This document shows, one piece after another, positions 1 to 9,790 of a stretch of 32,000 nt of DNA. The DNA comes from Zymomonas mobilis subsp. mobilis ATCC 10988 (GTDB lineage Bacteria > Pseudomonadota > Alphaproteobacteria > Sphingomonadales > Sphingomonadaceae): assembly GCF_000175255.2 (NCBI RefSeq), contig NC_017262.1, positions 900,001 to 932,000 of the forward strand, in the 5' to 3' direction. The translations under genes were made by a program, and so were the position numbers. The stretch's first letter is position 1; the number at the start of each line of letters is the position of its first letter. Under the pieces are notes generated by a model. That model was not told the DNA's origin. It did no database searches and saw nothing but the letters and a program-made list of their open reading frames with translations.

Positions 1-2
1 AA

Positions 3-161
3 GGTCGCTATGGCTGGGGACGCGCGGCCATTGCCGAGAATGCGGATGAATCTGAATTCACCCGCTATATCGACAAGCGGAAACGCTTTGACCCCGATCT
101 ATGGATTATCGAATTGGAAGGACGGCAAAGCGAAAGCCTTGCCCTTTCCCTTCTCGCCTAA
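3..161 (+). CDS. C-terminal fragment of an unidentified protein, truncated by the window start
   Basis: Open frame from base 3 to a TAA at 159-161: GRYGWGRAAIAENADESEFTRYIDKRKRFDPDLWIIELEGRQSESLALSLLA*. It ends just before the convergent ankyrin gene. The listed 10..267 ORF is in another frame. Confidence 0.6.
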   Translation, partial: GRYGWGRAAIAENADESEFTRYIDKRKRFDPDLWIIELEGRQSESLALSLLA

Positions 162-164
162 AAA

Positions 165-767
165 TCAGCGGCGCAGCACAGGGCCCATCATCGGCTTTTT
201 AACAATGGGCTGCGCCGTATCCAAAATTTTCACAATAGCCGAAGATCGACCATCCTGTCCGGCATAATCCAAAGCTGAACGTCCGGCGATATGATCTTTG
301 ATGGACGGATCAGCATGATTATCGACCAGCAATCTGACCATTTGTAAATTGCGGTTTTGCACGGCAATAATCAACGGGGTCTGACCGCTATTATCGGTAA
401 TATTGGGATCGGCACCGCCTTCCAGTAATAATTGCGCGCCATCTGCCCAACCGATCTGGGTTGCCACCATCAAAGGCGTTTGCCCCGCCTTGTTTTTAGC
501 ATCGACCCGCGCTCTTTTATAAAGGAAATAGGCTAACCACGCATTATCCCGCCCTCTGGTTGTCAGATGCAAAGCGGTGTCGCCCGTGTTATAATCCTTA
601 CTGTCGATGATGCTGGGCTGACGATCGACAAGGGTCGTAATCTGAGTAGTGTCATGATCACGAACCGCTTTTAGAAAAGTATAGTTATCACTCTCCGCCT
701 GTGCCGCTATCGGGGTCACAGCCAATCCCAAGGCCAATATAAAGCCGGAAATTTTTCTAAAAGACAT
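165..767 (-). CDS. Exported ankyrin-repeat protein
   Basis: 200 aa with a signal-peptide-like N-terminus (MSFRKISGFILALGLAVTPIAAQAES) and several ankyrin units (TALHLTTRGRDNAWLAYFLYK; TPLMVATQIGWADGAQLLLEGGADPN; TPLIIAVQNRNLQMVRLLVDNHADPS). Confidence 0.9.
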   Translation of the reverse strand: MSFRKISGFILALGLAVTPIAAQAESDNYTFLKAVRDHDTTQITTLVDRQPSIIDSKDYNTGDTALHLTTRGRDNAWLAYFLYKRARVDAKNKAGQTPLMVATQIGWADGAQLLLEGGADPNITDNSGQTPLIIAVQNRNLQMVRLLVDNHADPSIKDHIAGRSALDYAGQDGRSSAIVKILDTAQPIVKKPMMGPVLRR

Positions 768-946
768 TTCTTTCTCCGCTTGGCGACATGGTTTTTCCTG
801 TCACCCTTCTTTTTATACTTATCAATGGGCAATCAGGCTATTTTCATAATATTACAGGAAATATCACTACAAAAGGCCGGTTAACAGGTTATGGAAAAAT
901 CCTGTTTCCTTTTCCAAAAAATTTTCCAATGCATAAAGGCTTATAA

Positions 947-1381
947 ATGATTGATCGTTTCTGGGAAAAAATTCCGTTGGACGCCATGAAAAGGGAGGAA
1001 TGGGAAGCCCTATGCGATGGCTGCGGCAAATGCTGTCTTTTCAAACTCGAAGATGAAGATACCGGCGATGTTGTTTATACCAATGTGGCCTGCCGCCTTT
1101 TAGATCGTGCCAGCGGCCAATGCTGTAATTACAAGCATCGCAAAAAATACGTTCCCGATTGCGTTCGTCTAGAGGTCTCGTTACTCGGCAAAATCCCGTG
1201 GCTTCCCGAAAGCTGCGCCTATCGCTTGCTCTACGAAGGCCAAGCTTTACCGGAATGGCATTATCTCCTTTGTGGTGATCGCGATGCCGTGCATCGGGTA
1301 GGTGAATCCGTCCAAGGCTGGACAGTATCCGAAGATCAAGCCGGTGATCTTGAAAATCACCTTGTCGAGCCTCCGATCTAA
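947..1381 (+). CDS. YcgN/UPF0260-like cysteine-cluster protein
   Basis: 144 aa; FWEKIPLDAMKREEWEALCDGCGKCCLFKLEDEDTG and further Cys residues typical of the family. Confidence 0.9.
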   Translation: MIDRFWEKIPLDAMKREEWEALCDGCGKCCLFKLEDEDTGDVVYTNVACRLLDRASGQCCNYKHRKKYVPDCVRLEVSLLGKIPWLPESCAYRLLYEGQALPEWHYLLCGDRDAVHRVGESVQGWTVSEDQAGDLENHLVEPPI

Positions 1382-1728
1382 AAATGGGTCAATCAAAGCA
1401 TAAAAATCGCTATTTTTAGATGAATTTCTGGGGCATTTCGCCCCTTTTTGTTATTCAAAAATAAACGATGATAGTTGTCTATTTCGGGAAAATATTCGAT
1501 ATTCCTATTCAATTTTAAAATAATAATTTATATAAAACATCACTCTTAAAATTAAATTTTTATATTTTACTCTTCCTAATAATGTTGATACTTTCTCTTA
1601 CAAGTCTTTTTAAATAAATTTCTCTCTCACAGTTAATGTTACACTATATTTCTAATACTATAATGTAACAAAAAAGAAGAAATATAAATTTTTTACTGAA
1701 GTAAAAATAAAACAATACGGAATTTGAT

Positions 1729-4152
1729 ATGGCTTTATGCCACGAAAAAGACAGACTTTTATTATCAGCTACGATGCCACATCTGCTACCGTCTCTGATT
1801 GGTCTTTATCTTTCGGTTTGTCCCTCCGGCCTCTGGGCGGAATCGATCGCTCTTCCGCCACAGGATGCCCAAAAACCATCGCCGTCTTTTTCCGAGCAAT
1901 CCCCAAACACAGATTTACCTAAAGCAGAGAAGATAGCCGAGACATCCAAGGCAACGGACAAGCCTCTTTCGTCCGACAGCCTTCCAAAGGCCAAAATGCC
2001 GCTGCCCTCTACATCCAAAGAGAGCGGGGAGATTATCGTCACCTCCAAAAAACAGAGCGATGTGATCCAAAATACTGGCCGTTCCATCAGTCTCATTTCC
2101 GGCGACATATTGACGACCCGTAATGTGAATACTGTCTTTGATCTACAATATCAGACGGTTTCACTACAGGTCACCCCACAATTCGGAAGCGGCCAACCTG
2201 TTTTTGCGATGCGCGGGGTGGGATTCAACAATTATTCCAGCAACAATGCGTCTTCCGTTCTGGTTTACATTGACGGTGTCGCCAATCCTGTTTCTTTCGC
2301 CACAAATGGGATGATGTTTGATATTCAGCATGTCGAGATTGCACGCGGAGCGCAAGGCACTGCTTCCGGTCGCAATACAACCGGTGGTTCGATCAATTAC
2401 ATCCTCAATAGACCCAGCGACCATTATACGGGCGGTATTTCGGTTCAATATAGCCGTTTCAATGCGACCAAAATTGATGGTTATATTTCAGGTGGGATCA
2501 ATGACCGGCTCCGCTTCCGTTTGGCCGGACAAAGCGAGCAAGGCGGCGCATGGCAGCATAATGACCAAGGGCAATCTTTAGGACGCACGAACCGCAATGC
2601 CGCCAGATTGCTGTTTGACTATGATGCCAATGACAGCCTGACCTTTGAACTGAATCTTCATGGTAGCTATGACCGCTCGGACTCCAGTGGACTACATCTT
2701 TTTACGCCTCTTACCGCTGTTTCGGGACAAAGCACTCCGGCGGATCAAAGCCGCTATATCACCCGCTGGGGAACGTCAGCCGCTTTCGCCAAGGAAATCG
2801 GGGTTAACCCGAATAGCAAACCCTTCAGCCATATTGATACCGGCGGGGTCAGCTTTAAAAGCAAGCAAGAATTCTCTTTTGCCAGTCTGACTAATCTCTT
2901 TAGCTATGACGGCATCAAAAGGCGCGAATATGACAATTTCGATGCCTCGACTTTGGGCTTGGCGGACGTCGCTTTTAATACAAAAGCGCGCGTTCTTGCG
3001 AATGAGATCCGGCTGGAATCTGATCCACAGGATCGTTTAAGCTGGGTCGGTGGCCTTTATTACAGTCATCAGTCTCTCAGCGATCGCTATCAATCCGGCT
3101 TTACCGATGCGTCAGCTTATTCTTTAGAAGGCGATGTCCGTTATAGTCAAAGGGTGGATACAGTCGCCGCTTTTGGTCAGGTCAATTACCATTTCTCTCA
3201 TAAATTAAATTTTATCGGAGGCTTCCGTATCGAGCATGAATCCCGCAGCCTTTTAAATCTGGCCTCTCACTATATTTCGAATGGTGTAGTCATTAACCCT
3301 GATAATGTCACAGACCATAACCATACCGGTTTTACCCTGCCAACCGGAAAGGTTGAAATCGATTATCATCCTGTCAAAAATGATATGCTCTATGCGTCTT
3401 TTACACGCGGCATAAAATCCGGTGGATTCACAACCAATAATTCCAATAACGTCACTTTAACCGCCAAGCCGTTCAAAGCAGAATCGGTTTTAGCTTATGA
3501 AGTCGGCAATAAATTAACACTACCAAAATCGCATTTCACCTTGAATGTGGCCGGTTTCTATTATGACTATAGCAATCAACAAATTCAGTCTGCGACATTT
3601 AATAGTTTGAATGGTGGCTTGATCGGGCTGATCGTTAATGCGCCCCGATCTCATCTTTATGGCGGGGAGATAGAAGCGACATGGATGCCGATAAAATCAC
3701 TCACGCTTTCACAATCGGCAGGCTGGGCAATTGGTCAATATGACCGTTTCTCTTCTTTGAAGGGCGTGCAAAAATTGCCGGATAACAGCTATGTCGGTAT
3801 TTATAAAAGCCGCAAGGGTGAGGCCTTACCCTTCCCGCAATTTACGCTTAATGGTTCAGCCAGCTATCGCTGGACAATCGGTGATTTCTATCTGACCACC
3901 GGTATGAATTACAGCCGAAGAAGCCGTTATCATTCTTTCTATGGCGGCGTTTATAATGTTCCAGCCTATAGCTTATGGGGGGCTGACATCACGCTTTCAC
4001 CCAAAAACAGCCGCTGGACAGTCGCCATTTTCGGCAAAAATATTTTTAACAAGCGCTATGACGTCACCCGCAATTTTTTCATTTCCGGCGATAATATTGC
4101 TCTCTCCGGTATGCCGGCAACATGGGGCGTAAGGTTAAGCGGCAAATTCTGA
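1729..4152 (+). CDS. TonB-dependent outer-membrane receptor
   Basis: 807 aa; plug-like segment (VLVYIDGVANPVS, RGAQGTASGRNTTGGSINYIL), beta-barrel segments and a C-terminal NIFNKRYDVTRNFF...WGVRLSGKF ending in F. The exact start is uncertain (1729 or a downstream ATG). Confidence 0.93.
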   Translation: MALCHEKDRLLLSATMPHLLPSLIGLYLSVCPSGLWAESIALPPQDAQKPSPSFSEQSPNTDLPKAEKIAETSKATDKPLSSDSLPKAKMPLPSTSKESGEIIVTSKKQSDVIQNTGRSISLISGDILTTRNVNTVFDLQYQTVSLQVTPQFGSGQPVFAMRGVGFNNYSSNNASSVLVYIDGVANPVSFATNGMMFDIQHVEIARGAQGTASGRNTTGGSINYILNRPSDHYTGGISVQYSRFNATKIDGYISGGINDRLRFRLAGQSEQGGAWQHNDQGQSLGRTNRNAARLLFDYDANDSLTFELNLHGSYDRSDSSGLHLFTPLTAVSGQSTPADQSRYITRWGTSAAFAKEIGVNPNSKPFSHIDTGGVSFKSKQEFSFASLTNLFSYDGIKRREYDNFDASTLGLADVAFNTKARVLANEIRLESDPQDRLSWVGGLYYSHQSLSDRYQSGFTDASAYSLEGDVRYSQRVDTVAAFGQVNYHFSHKLNFIGGFRIEHESRSLLNLASHYISNGVVINPDNVTDHNHTGFTLPTGKVEIDYHPVKNDMLYASFTRGIKSGGFTTNNSNNVTLTAKPFKAESVLAYEVGNKLTLPKSHFTLNVAGFYYDYSNQQIQSATFNSLNGGLIGLIVNAPRSHLYGGEIEATWMPIKSLTLSQSAGWAIGQYDRFSSLKGVQKLPDNSYVGIYKSRKGEALPFPQFTLNGSASYRWTIGDFYLTTGMNYSRRSRYHSFYGGVYNVPAYSLWGADITLSPKNSRWTVAIFGKNIFNKRYDVTRNFFISGDNIALSGMPATWGVRLSGKF

Positions 4153-4155
4153 TTT

Positions 4156-4576
4156 TCAGTCGATATAAGACGATATCTCTATCAAATTCTTATCGGGATT
4201 ACGGCAATAAACAGAATTGATGGTCCCTCTAGCACTTTGTTTCACAACAGGCTCCAATTCTATTTCAACGTTATAATGCTTTAAAGGCTCGACCACCTGA
4301 TCCGGCGATATCCCCACCAGAAAACATAAATCACAGTCACCCTACGCCGGATTATCGGCCGTAAGCTAGGCTTTCTGACTGGCTTAGATAGGGCGGAGGT
4401 TGATTTTCTATTTTCCAAATAAAAGGATATTTCTCGGCGCATCCCCCTTGCTTTGATGAAACCAGCTAATGCTTCATGCCTAAAACGGCCAGATAGCATT
4501 CCGCCATCTGTTGGGGATTACTTGTATTGATAACGATATAATCAATAGAAGAGACAGATAGCCTTTTAATCTCTCA
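4156..4576 (-). pseudogene. Decayed VOC/glyoxalase-family gene
   Basis: Minus-strand reading gives SSIDYIVINTSNPQQMAECYLAVLGM, then a frame change near 4470-4477, then ISWFHQSKGDAPRNILLFGK*KINLRPI*ASQKA*LTADNPA*GDCDLCFLVGISPDQVVEPLKHYNVEIELEPVVKQSARGTINSVYCRNPDKNLIEISSYID*. In-frame stops lie at 4408-4410, 4384-4386, 4366-4368 and 4342-4344; the terminal stop is at 4156-4158. Confidence 0.85.
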
Positions 4577-4833
4577 ATTTCTCTTCCAAAAGACACGCTT
4601 TGGAATAATCATCCCCCGACAACCCCATAATCTCTCTAATGAAAAAAGATAGATTCTAAAAAATGGGCAATAGTCGCAACAGAAACTAAGCATCGCCATC
4701 CTATTAAAGGACTTCATTATAGAATAGGCTTCAACCGAAGCAATCATTTCAAAAAATATATGTATATCATTTAAAAATAGTATAATAATTTATAAAAATT
4801 AAATATTAAATTATCTTATAAAAGAAAAAGAAG

Positions 4834-6732
4834 ATGAAGCGCTCCCTTTCCTATGCCTCTTTTTTGAGAAGATCGCTCGCGATACTGCCTTTTCTTCTGC
4901 CCTGCTCTTCAAAAACGCATGCTCTAACCACTATGCAAAGATACCAGATAGAGGATATTAAACGCATAGCATCACGGGGAGATCATAAGGTAGAATATAT
5001 CTTGGGGACTTTCTATTCTAAAGGCGATGTTGAAGGTATTCCGAAAGATTTTCATTTAGCTCTACATTGGTATCAAGAGGCCGCTAAAGACGGAGATAAA
5101 GAAGCGGCCCAAATGATCGGCCTCCTTTATTATAATGGCGATGGTGTTCCAATAGATATCGCGAAAGCAGCCTACTGGTTTGAAAAAGCGGCGAATGCTG
5201 GCAATTGGGACGCGGCCAGACGTTTGGCAACGCTCTATATCAATGGAGAAGGTGTTCCTAAAAATGTCGAAAAAGGCATTTCGTGGTATAAGAAAGCGAT
5301 CCTATCAGGGGATATTGATTCTGCCCGTCGCCTAGGCATGCTTTATTGGATGGGCGATGATGTGCCGCGCGATCAAGAAAAGGCACTCCATTGGCTCGAA
5401 AATTCAGCCAATAACGGGGATTGGGATGCCTCACAAATGCTTTCCCGATTTTATATTTTGGGAGAAAATATACCCTTTGACAAAGAAAAAGGACTCTATT
5501 GGCTCGAAAAATCAGCAAAACAGGGAGGTGTCATTTCGCAAGAAATATTAGCAAATCTCTATTATTCGGGTCAGATGCTTCCTCTTGATAAAAAAAAGGC
5601 AGCCTACTGGTATGAGCAAGCGGCCAAAGAGCATGACGGCTCAGCAGCAAAAATGCTGGGGGCTATTTATTACAATGGTGAAGATGTCAAACAAAATAAG
5701 GAATTAGGCCGCTATTGGATAGAACAGGCCGCAAAATGGGGAGATCCCGAAGCCCAAAGAATTACCAGCATGTTTTATCAGGAATCGGATACGTTAGAGG
5801 ATAAGGAAAAAGCCGAATTTTGGCTTAAAACGGCAGCTCTGGCAGGCGATAAAGAAGCTCAAAAACAAGTAAGCATTCTCTACACGAATAAAGACCCAAA
5901 AATTTCAGAAATACATCCACAGATTATAAAACTTCTCCGCGAAAAAGCTGAAAAAGGCGATAAAGAAGCCCAATATGATTTCGCTTTGAAATATTATGAA
6001 GGCAAAGAAATCTCTCAAAATTTCAAACAAGCGGCCTATTGGTTTCAAAAAGCAGCGGATCAAGGCGATCCTAGTGCTACTCTCAATTTAGGCGCGCTTT
6101 ATTATGATGGAAAGCTGGGAAAAACAGATTTTTCGAAAGCGGCGACTCTTTTTCAAAAAACGGCTGACCAAAACTATCCCAAAGCCCAGCTCTTTCTAGG
6201 GATTCTCTATGAAAGAGGTGAAGGCGTCCCTCAAGACACCCAAAAAGCCCTTTCTTTATACAAACAGGCCGCTAACCTAGGGGAAGCTGAAGCACAATTC
6301 ATTCTCGGTTATCACTATGGCACAGGAAAAATTGTGCCACTCAATTTAAAAAAGGCAGCCTCTTGGTATAACAAAGCCGCTCATGCAGGTAGCTTACGCG
6401 GCCAAATCAATTTAGGCATTGCCTATATGCTCGGAGCAGGGGTTCCTAAAAATATTCTGGTAGCTATTTACTGGTTACAACAGGCAGCAAAATCAGACGA
6501 CATCAAAGCCGAAATCAATCTTGGCAAGATTTACGCCGACCCGAAAAATCAAGAAATTTTTGCACTGGATACAGCGAAAGACTGGTTCAAAAAAGCCGCC
6601 GATCAAGGTTCGGAAGACGCTAAAAACTATCTTGCCAGCCTTACCCCTGTAGAAGCTCCAAATGGGACACTCTCAAAAACGGAAATTCTGCCACAGATCA
6701 CCGAAGAGAGTCAGGCAAAGCCAGAATCCTAA
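4834..6732 (+). CDS. Large Sel1-like repeat protein, probably exported
   Basis: 632 aa; hydrophobic N-terminus (RRSLAILPFLLPCSSKTHA) and many tandem units of about 36 aa such as AAYWFEKAANAGNWDAARRLATLYINGEGVPKNVEKG. Confidence 0.95.
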   Translation: MKRSLSYASFLRRSLAILPFLLPCSSKTHALTTMQRYQIEDIKRIASRGDHKVEYILGTFYSKGDVEGIPKDFHLALHWYQEAAKDGDKEAAQMIGLLYYNGDGVPIDIAKAAYWFEKAANAGNWDAARRLATLYINGEGVPKNVEKGISWYKKAILSGDIDSARRLGMLYWMGDDVPRDQEKALHWLENSANNGDWDASQMLSRFYILGENIPFDKEKGLYWLEKSAKQGGVISQEILANLYYSGQMLPLDKKKAAYWYEQAAKEHDGSAAKMLGAIYYNGEDVKQNKELGRYWIEQAAKWGDPEAQRITSMFYQESDTLEDKEKAEFWLKTAALAGDKEAQKQVSILYTNKDPKISEIHPQIIKLLREKAEKGDKEAQYDFALKYYEGKEISQNFKQAAYWFQKAADQGDPSATLNLGALYYDGKLGKTDFSKAATLFQKTADQNYPKAQLFLGILYERGEGVPQDTQKALSLYKQAANLGEAEAQFILGYHYGTGKIVPLNLKKAASWYNKAAHAGSLRGQINLGIAYMLGAGVPKNILVAIYWLQQAAKSDDIKAEINLGKIYADPKNQEIFALDTAKDWFKKAADQGSEDAKNYLASLTPVEAPNGTLSKTEILPQITEESQAKPES

Positions 6733-6761
6733 CAATACAGGAAACGGCTTTTTCAAAAAGC

Positions 6762-7685
6762 CTATTCAGGATTAAAGAAATCCAAATCAACTCGTTTGAT
6801 TTCTATTCTGCGACTGGTTCTGACACCAACATTATGTTCGATCATTAAATTTGCGAGTTTTTCACCATTGATTAGAATAACCCGCTGCGGCAAATGCTCG
6901 ACATATTCCAAAGCGGGGGCGCTAAAAGAAGAGGTCGTCACAAAAACCCCTTTTGTAGCACGATGCCCAACCAGACTACCGACAAAAGCCTGTATTTCCG
7001 GCCGTCCGACACTGACATGGGCAGCATAACGTTTGGCCTGAACATAGATGCAATCAATGCCCAAACGATCTTCATTGATAACACCATCGACACCACCATC
7101 ACCCGTTCCCCCAATCCGACGAGCCGCATCCTCATGATTGCCGCCATAGCCCATAGCCACCATCAGATCGACGATCAGCTGTTCAAAAAAACTGGGATTT
7201 TTCTCGGAAATCTGGTTCAAAATATCAGTGCGTAATTCATTTTGAAGCTCTTCATGGGCGGCATCAATTCGCTCTTCTGGTGTTCCGGTCACTGTTTCTT
7301 GGGCGACAATCTGAACGACATCTTCGCGCGTGTCGGATTTAGAATTGCGGTTACAATATTCGATAAAAGACGGATATTGCTTTAAAGTCGCTACTGTAAT
7401 TTCAGGAGGATTGCGTCGTAAAAGCCTTTTTCCAGCCTCACTGGCGATGAATTGCCCTCTTGTCGGACTAATCAGTAAACCAGCTTGTGTCAGATAAGTT
7501 TTTGCCCATCTAATGCGATTATAAAATAATCTTTCCCGACCACTAGGCAGCATCACTTCGCGATCCTCTGCCGAAAGCCCTAATCCATCGGCAATCGCCG
7601 TTTCGGTTTCCGCCATGCGTTTTTTTCCTGTTGCGGCAAAACGCAAAACAGGCAGCATCAATTCGGAAAAACTGGGAACCGCCAT
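6762..7685 (-). CDS. mrr: Mrr-family (type IV) restriction endonuclease
   Basis: 307 aa; Mrr-type N-terminal domain (AVPSFSELMLPVLRFAA...) and nuclease core (LIVDLMVAMGYGG...GGTGDGGVDGVINEDRLGIDCIYVQAKRY...GVFVTTSSFS). Confidence 0.93.
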   Translation of the reverse strand: MAVPSFSELMLPVLRFAATGKKRMAETETAIADGLGLSAEDREVMLPSGRERLFYNRIRWAKTYLTQAGLLISPTRGQFIASEAGKRLLRRNPPEITVATLKQYPSFIEYCNRNSKSDTREDVVQIVAQETVTGTPEERIDAAHEELQNELRTDILNQISEKNPSFFEQLIVDLMVAMGYGGNHEDAARRIGGTGDGGVDGVINEDRLGIDCIYVQAKRYAAHVSVGRPEIQAFVGSLVGHRATKGVFVTTSSFSAPALEYVEHLPQRVILINGEKLANLMIEHNVGVRTSRRIEIKRVDLDFFNPE

Positions 7686-7870
7686 TATCGAGCCTTTTAC
7701 TTAAAATAATCTATCGAAAGAAAAACTTATACTCGCCTATCCGGCGACAGAATAACAGACAGGAAAGCCCTCTTCATTTTTCAAAAAGGCGCGCCCAAAG
7801 CTAACCTCCAAGCACGCCTTATAGATTAGAAACAGGAAGGCCGAATAAACCGCCCTCCCGTTAGCTGTTT

Positions 7871-9475
7871 TTAATGCCGGAAATGGCGGGTTCCGGTAAA
7901 GATCATCGCAATACCAGCCTTATTGGCGGCATCAATGACTTCCTGATCACGGATAGACCCACCGGGCTGAATAACCGTGGTCGCTCCGGCCTCAGTCGCG
8001 GTTACCAACCCATCAGCAAATGGGAAGAAAGCATCTGAAGCCACAGCAGAACCGCGGGTGCGGCTTTCCGGCCAGCCGGCTCTCTTGGCGGCATCTTCGG
8101 CTTTCCATGCAGCGATACGCGCCGATTCCAAACGGTTCATCTGCCCCGCACCGATACCAACCGTTGCGTTGTCACGGGCATAAACAATGGCATTGGATTT
8201 GACATGCTTGGCTACCGTCCAAGCAAATAAAGCATCTTTCATCTGCTGTTCGCTGGGCTTAACTTCGGTAACCACCTGCAAGGCCTGTTCATCCAGCAAG
8301 CTGCCATCACGCGACTGGAGCAAAATACCGCCCGCAATCGAACGAAGGTTAAGGCCATTCCGTTTCGGGTCAGGCAAAGCCCCCGTAATCAATAGGCGCA
8401 GATTTTTCTTTTTGGCAAAAATCGCTTTGGCAGCCTCATCGGCAGCAGGCGCAACCACGACTTCGGTAAAGATTGAGGTGATCGCTTCGGCGGTAGCCCC
8501 ATCAAGCGGACGATTGACGGCAATAATGCCTCCGAAAGCAGAAACACTATCGCAAGCCAAAGCGGCCTTATAGGCTTCAATCAGACTATCACCAGACGCC
8601 ACACCGCAAGGATTGGCATGTTTCAGGATAACGACCGTCGGGGCAGCATCGCGGAATTCACTAATCAAATCTAAAGCAGCATCCGCATCGCCATAATTGT
8701 TATAGCTAAGCGCTTTACCCTGAATCTGTTCTGCCTGAGCAATACCATTTACAATCGGCCATTCCGGCAAATTCGGCAAGGTCGGGATATAAAGTGCCGC
8801 TTTCTGATGCGGATTTTCACCATAACGCAAAGCCGAGGCTTTTTTCAGCGGAACGGTCAGCAATTCTGGCAAATCTTCTTTCAGATCAGCCGCAAACCAT
8901 GCGGAGATAGCCGCATCATATTGCGCCGTAGCCGCATAGGCCTTGGCCGCAAAACGTCTCCGGCTGTCTAAAGTCGTGGCACCACCGTTATCCGCTAATT
9001 CAGAAATCAAACTTGGATAATCTTTCGGGTCGGTCACAATCGTCACATGATCGTGATTTTTGGCCGCCGAACGCACCATGGAAGGGCCACCAATATCAAT
9101 ATTTTCGATAACTTCCTGACGACCGGCACCCTTGGCAACCGTCTCACGGAAAGGATAAAGATTGACCACCACCAGATCAATCGCCGAGATATCATGAGCC
9201 TTCATCGCCGCTACATGTTCAGGGTTATTTCTGACCGCGAGCAAGCCACCATGAACCTTGGGATGGAGCGTTTTCACCCGACCATCCATCATTTCAGGAA
9301 AACCGGTAAAATCGCTAATATCAGTTACCGCTAAACCCGCATCGCGCAATAATTTGGCAGTGCCTCCGGTAGAAATCAATTTGATGTCATGAGCAGCTAA
9401 AGCCTGCCCCAATTCGACCAATCCCGTTTTATCAGAAACGGAAAGCAGTGCGGTTTTAATCGCTATATCGGTCAT
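7871..9475 (-). CDS. purH: Bifunctional AICAR formyltransferase/IMP cyclohydrolase
   Basis: 534 aa; [93 protein letters not shown]. Confidence 0.99.
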   Translation of the reverse strand: MTDIAIKTALLSVSDKTGLVELGQALAAHDIKLISTGGTAKLLRDAGLAVTDISDFTGFPEMMDGRVKTLHPKVHGGLLAVRNNPEHVAAMKAHDISAIDLVVVNLYPFRETVAKGAGRQEVIENIDIGGPSMVRSAAKNHDHVTIVTDPKDYPSLISELADNGGATTLDSRRRFAAKAYAATAQYDAAISAWFAADLKEDLPELLTVPLKKASALRYGENPHQKAALYIPTLPNLPEWPIVNGIAQAEQIQGKALSYNNYGDADAALDLISEFRDAAPTVVILKHANPCGVASGDSLIEAYKAALACDSVSAFGGIIAVNRPLDGATAEAITSIFTEVVVAPAADEAAKAIFAKKKNLRLLITGALPDPKRNGLNLRSIAGGILLQSRDGSLLDEQALQVVTEVKPSEQQMKDALFAWTVAKHVKSNAIVYARDNATVGIGAGQMNRLESARIAAWKAEDAAKRAGWPESRTRGSAVASDAFFPFADGLVTATEAGATTVIQPGGSIRDQEVIDAANKAGIAMIFTGTRHFRH

Positions 9476-9720
9476 AGATGCCTTATCCTGTCAGTTTTTC
9501 CGACTAATCTGGGCGGCATAGGTGATTTACGAGTCAGGTTCCAGAGACTTCTCCGCTTTAAAGCTGAAAACTCGCCCAGAATAGGCGTATTCGCCACGCT
9601 TTTCAGCTAGCAAGGCAATCCTGTTATCAAAAACGGTAACATTATAGCCAAAAGGGGCTTCTCTTTTACAGGCCCATCGGTTTCACCACGAGATGAACAG
9701 CCTTGCCTTTCAGAGATAAA

Positions 9721-9746
9721 GGGTATCAATCGACTAATTGATACCC
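9721..9746. promoter_or_regulatory. Perfect inverted repeat downstream of the 9791..10738 Sel1 gene; possible weak terminator or site
   Basis: GGGTATCAAT CGACTA ATTGATACCC: 10-bp perfect stem, 6-nt loop. Only a short T-rich tail (TTTAT) follows on the minus strand. Confidence 0.5.
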
Positions 9747-9790
9747 GTCATCTGCTGTCGCCGAATAAAGGCCGGAAAGCCTCCCTTCAT

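Noticed and set aside
10-267. 85-aa plus-strand ORF
   Set aside because: It runs out of frame over the real C-terminal fragment (3..161) and into the ankyrin gene on the opposite strand. No recognisable product.
1737-2890. Several ORFs inside the TonB receptor (for example 1737..1922, 1806..2108 and 2164..2448)
   Set aside because: Alternative-frame shadows of a convincing 807-aa CDS; none has family features.
4281-4499. 72-aa minus-strand ORF as a real gene
   Set aside because: It covers the VOC pseudogene in a non-homologous frame; the recognisable protein sequence is in another frame.
4834-6732. Sel1 tandem repeats considered as a DNA-level repeat array
   Set aside because: The periodicity is at protein level (about 36 aa) with divergent DNA; no CRISPR-like identical repeats.
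6746-6762. GGCTTTTTCAAAAAGCC between the convergent Sel1 and mrr genes
   Set aside because: Short stem with no T tract on either side; a weak terminator at best, not called as a feature.
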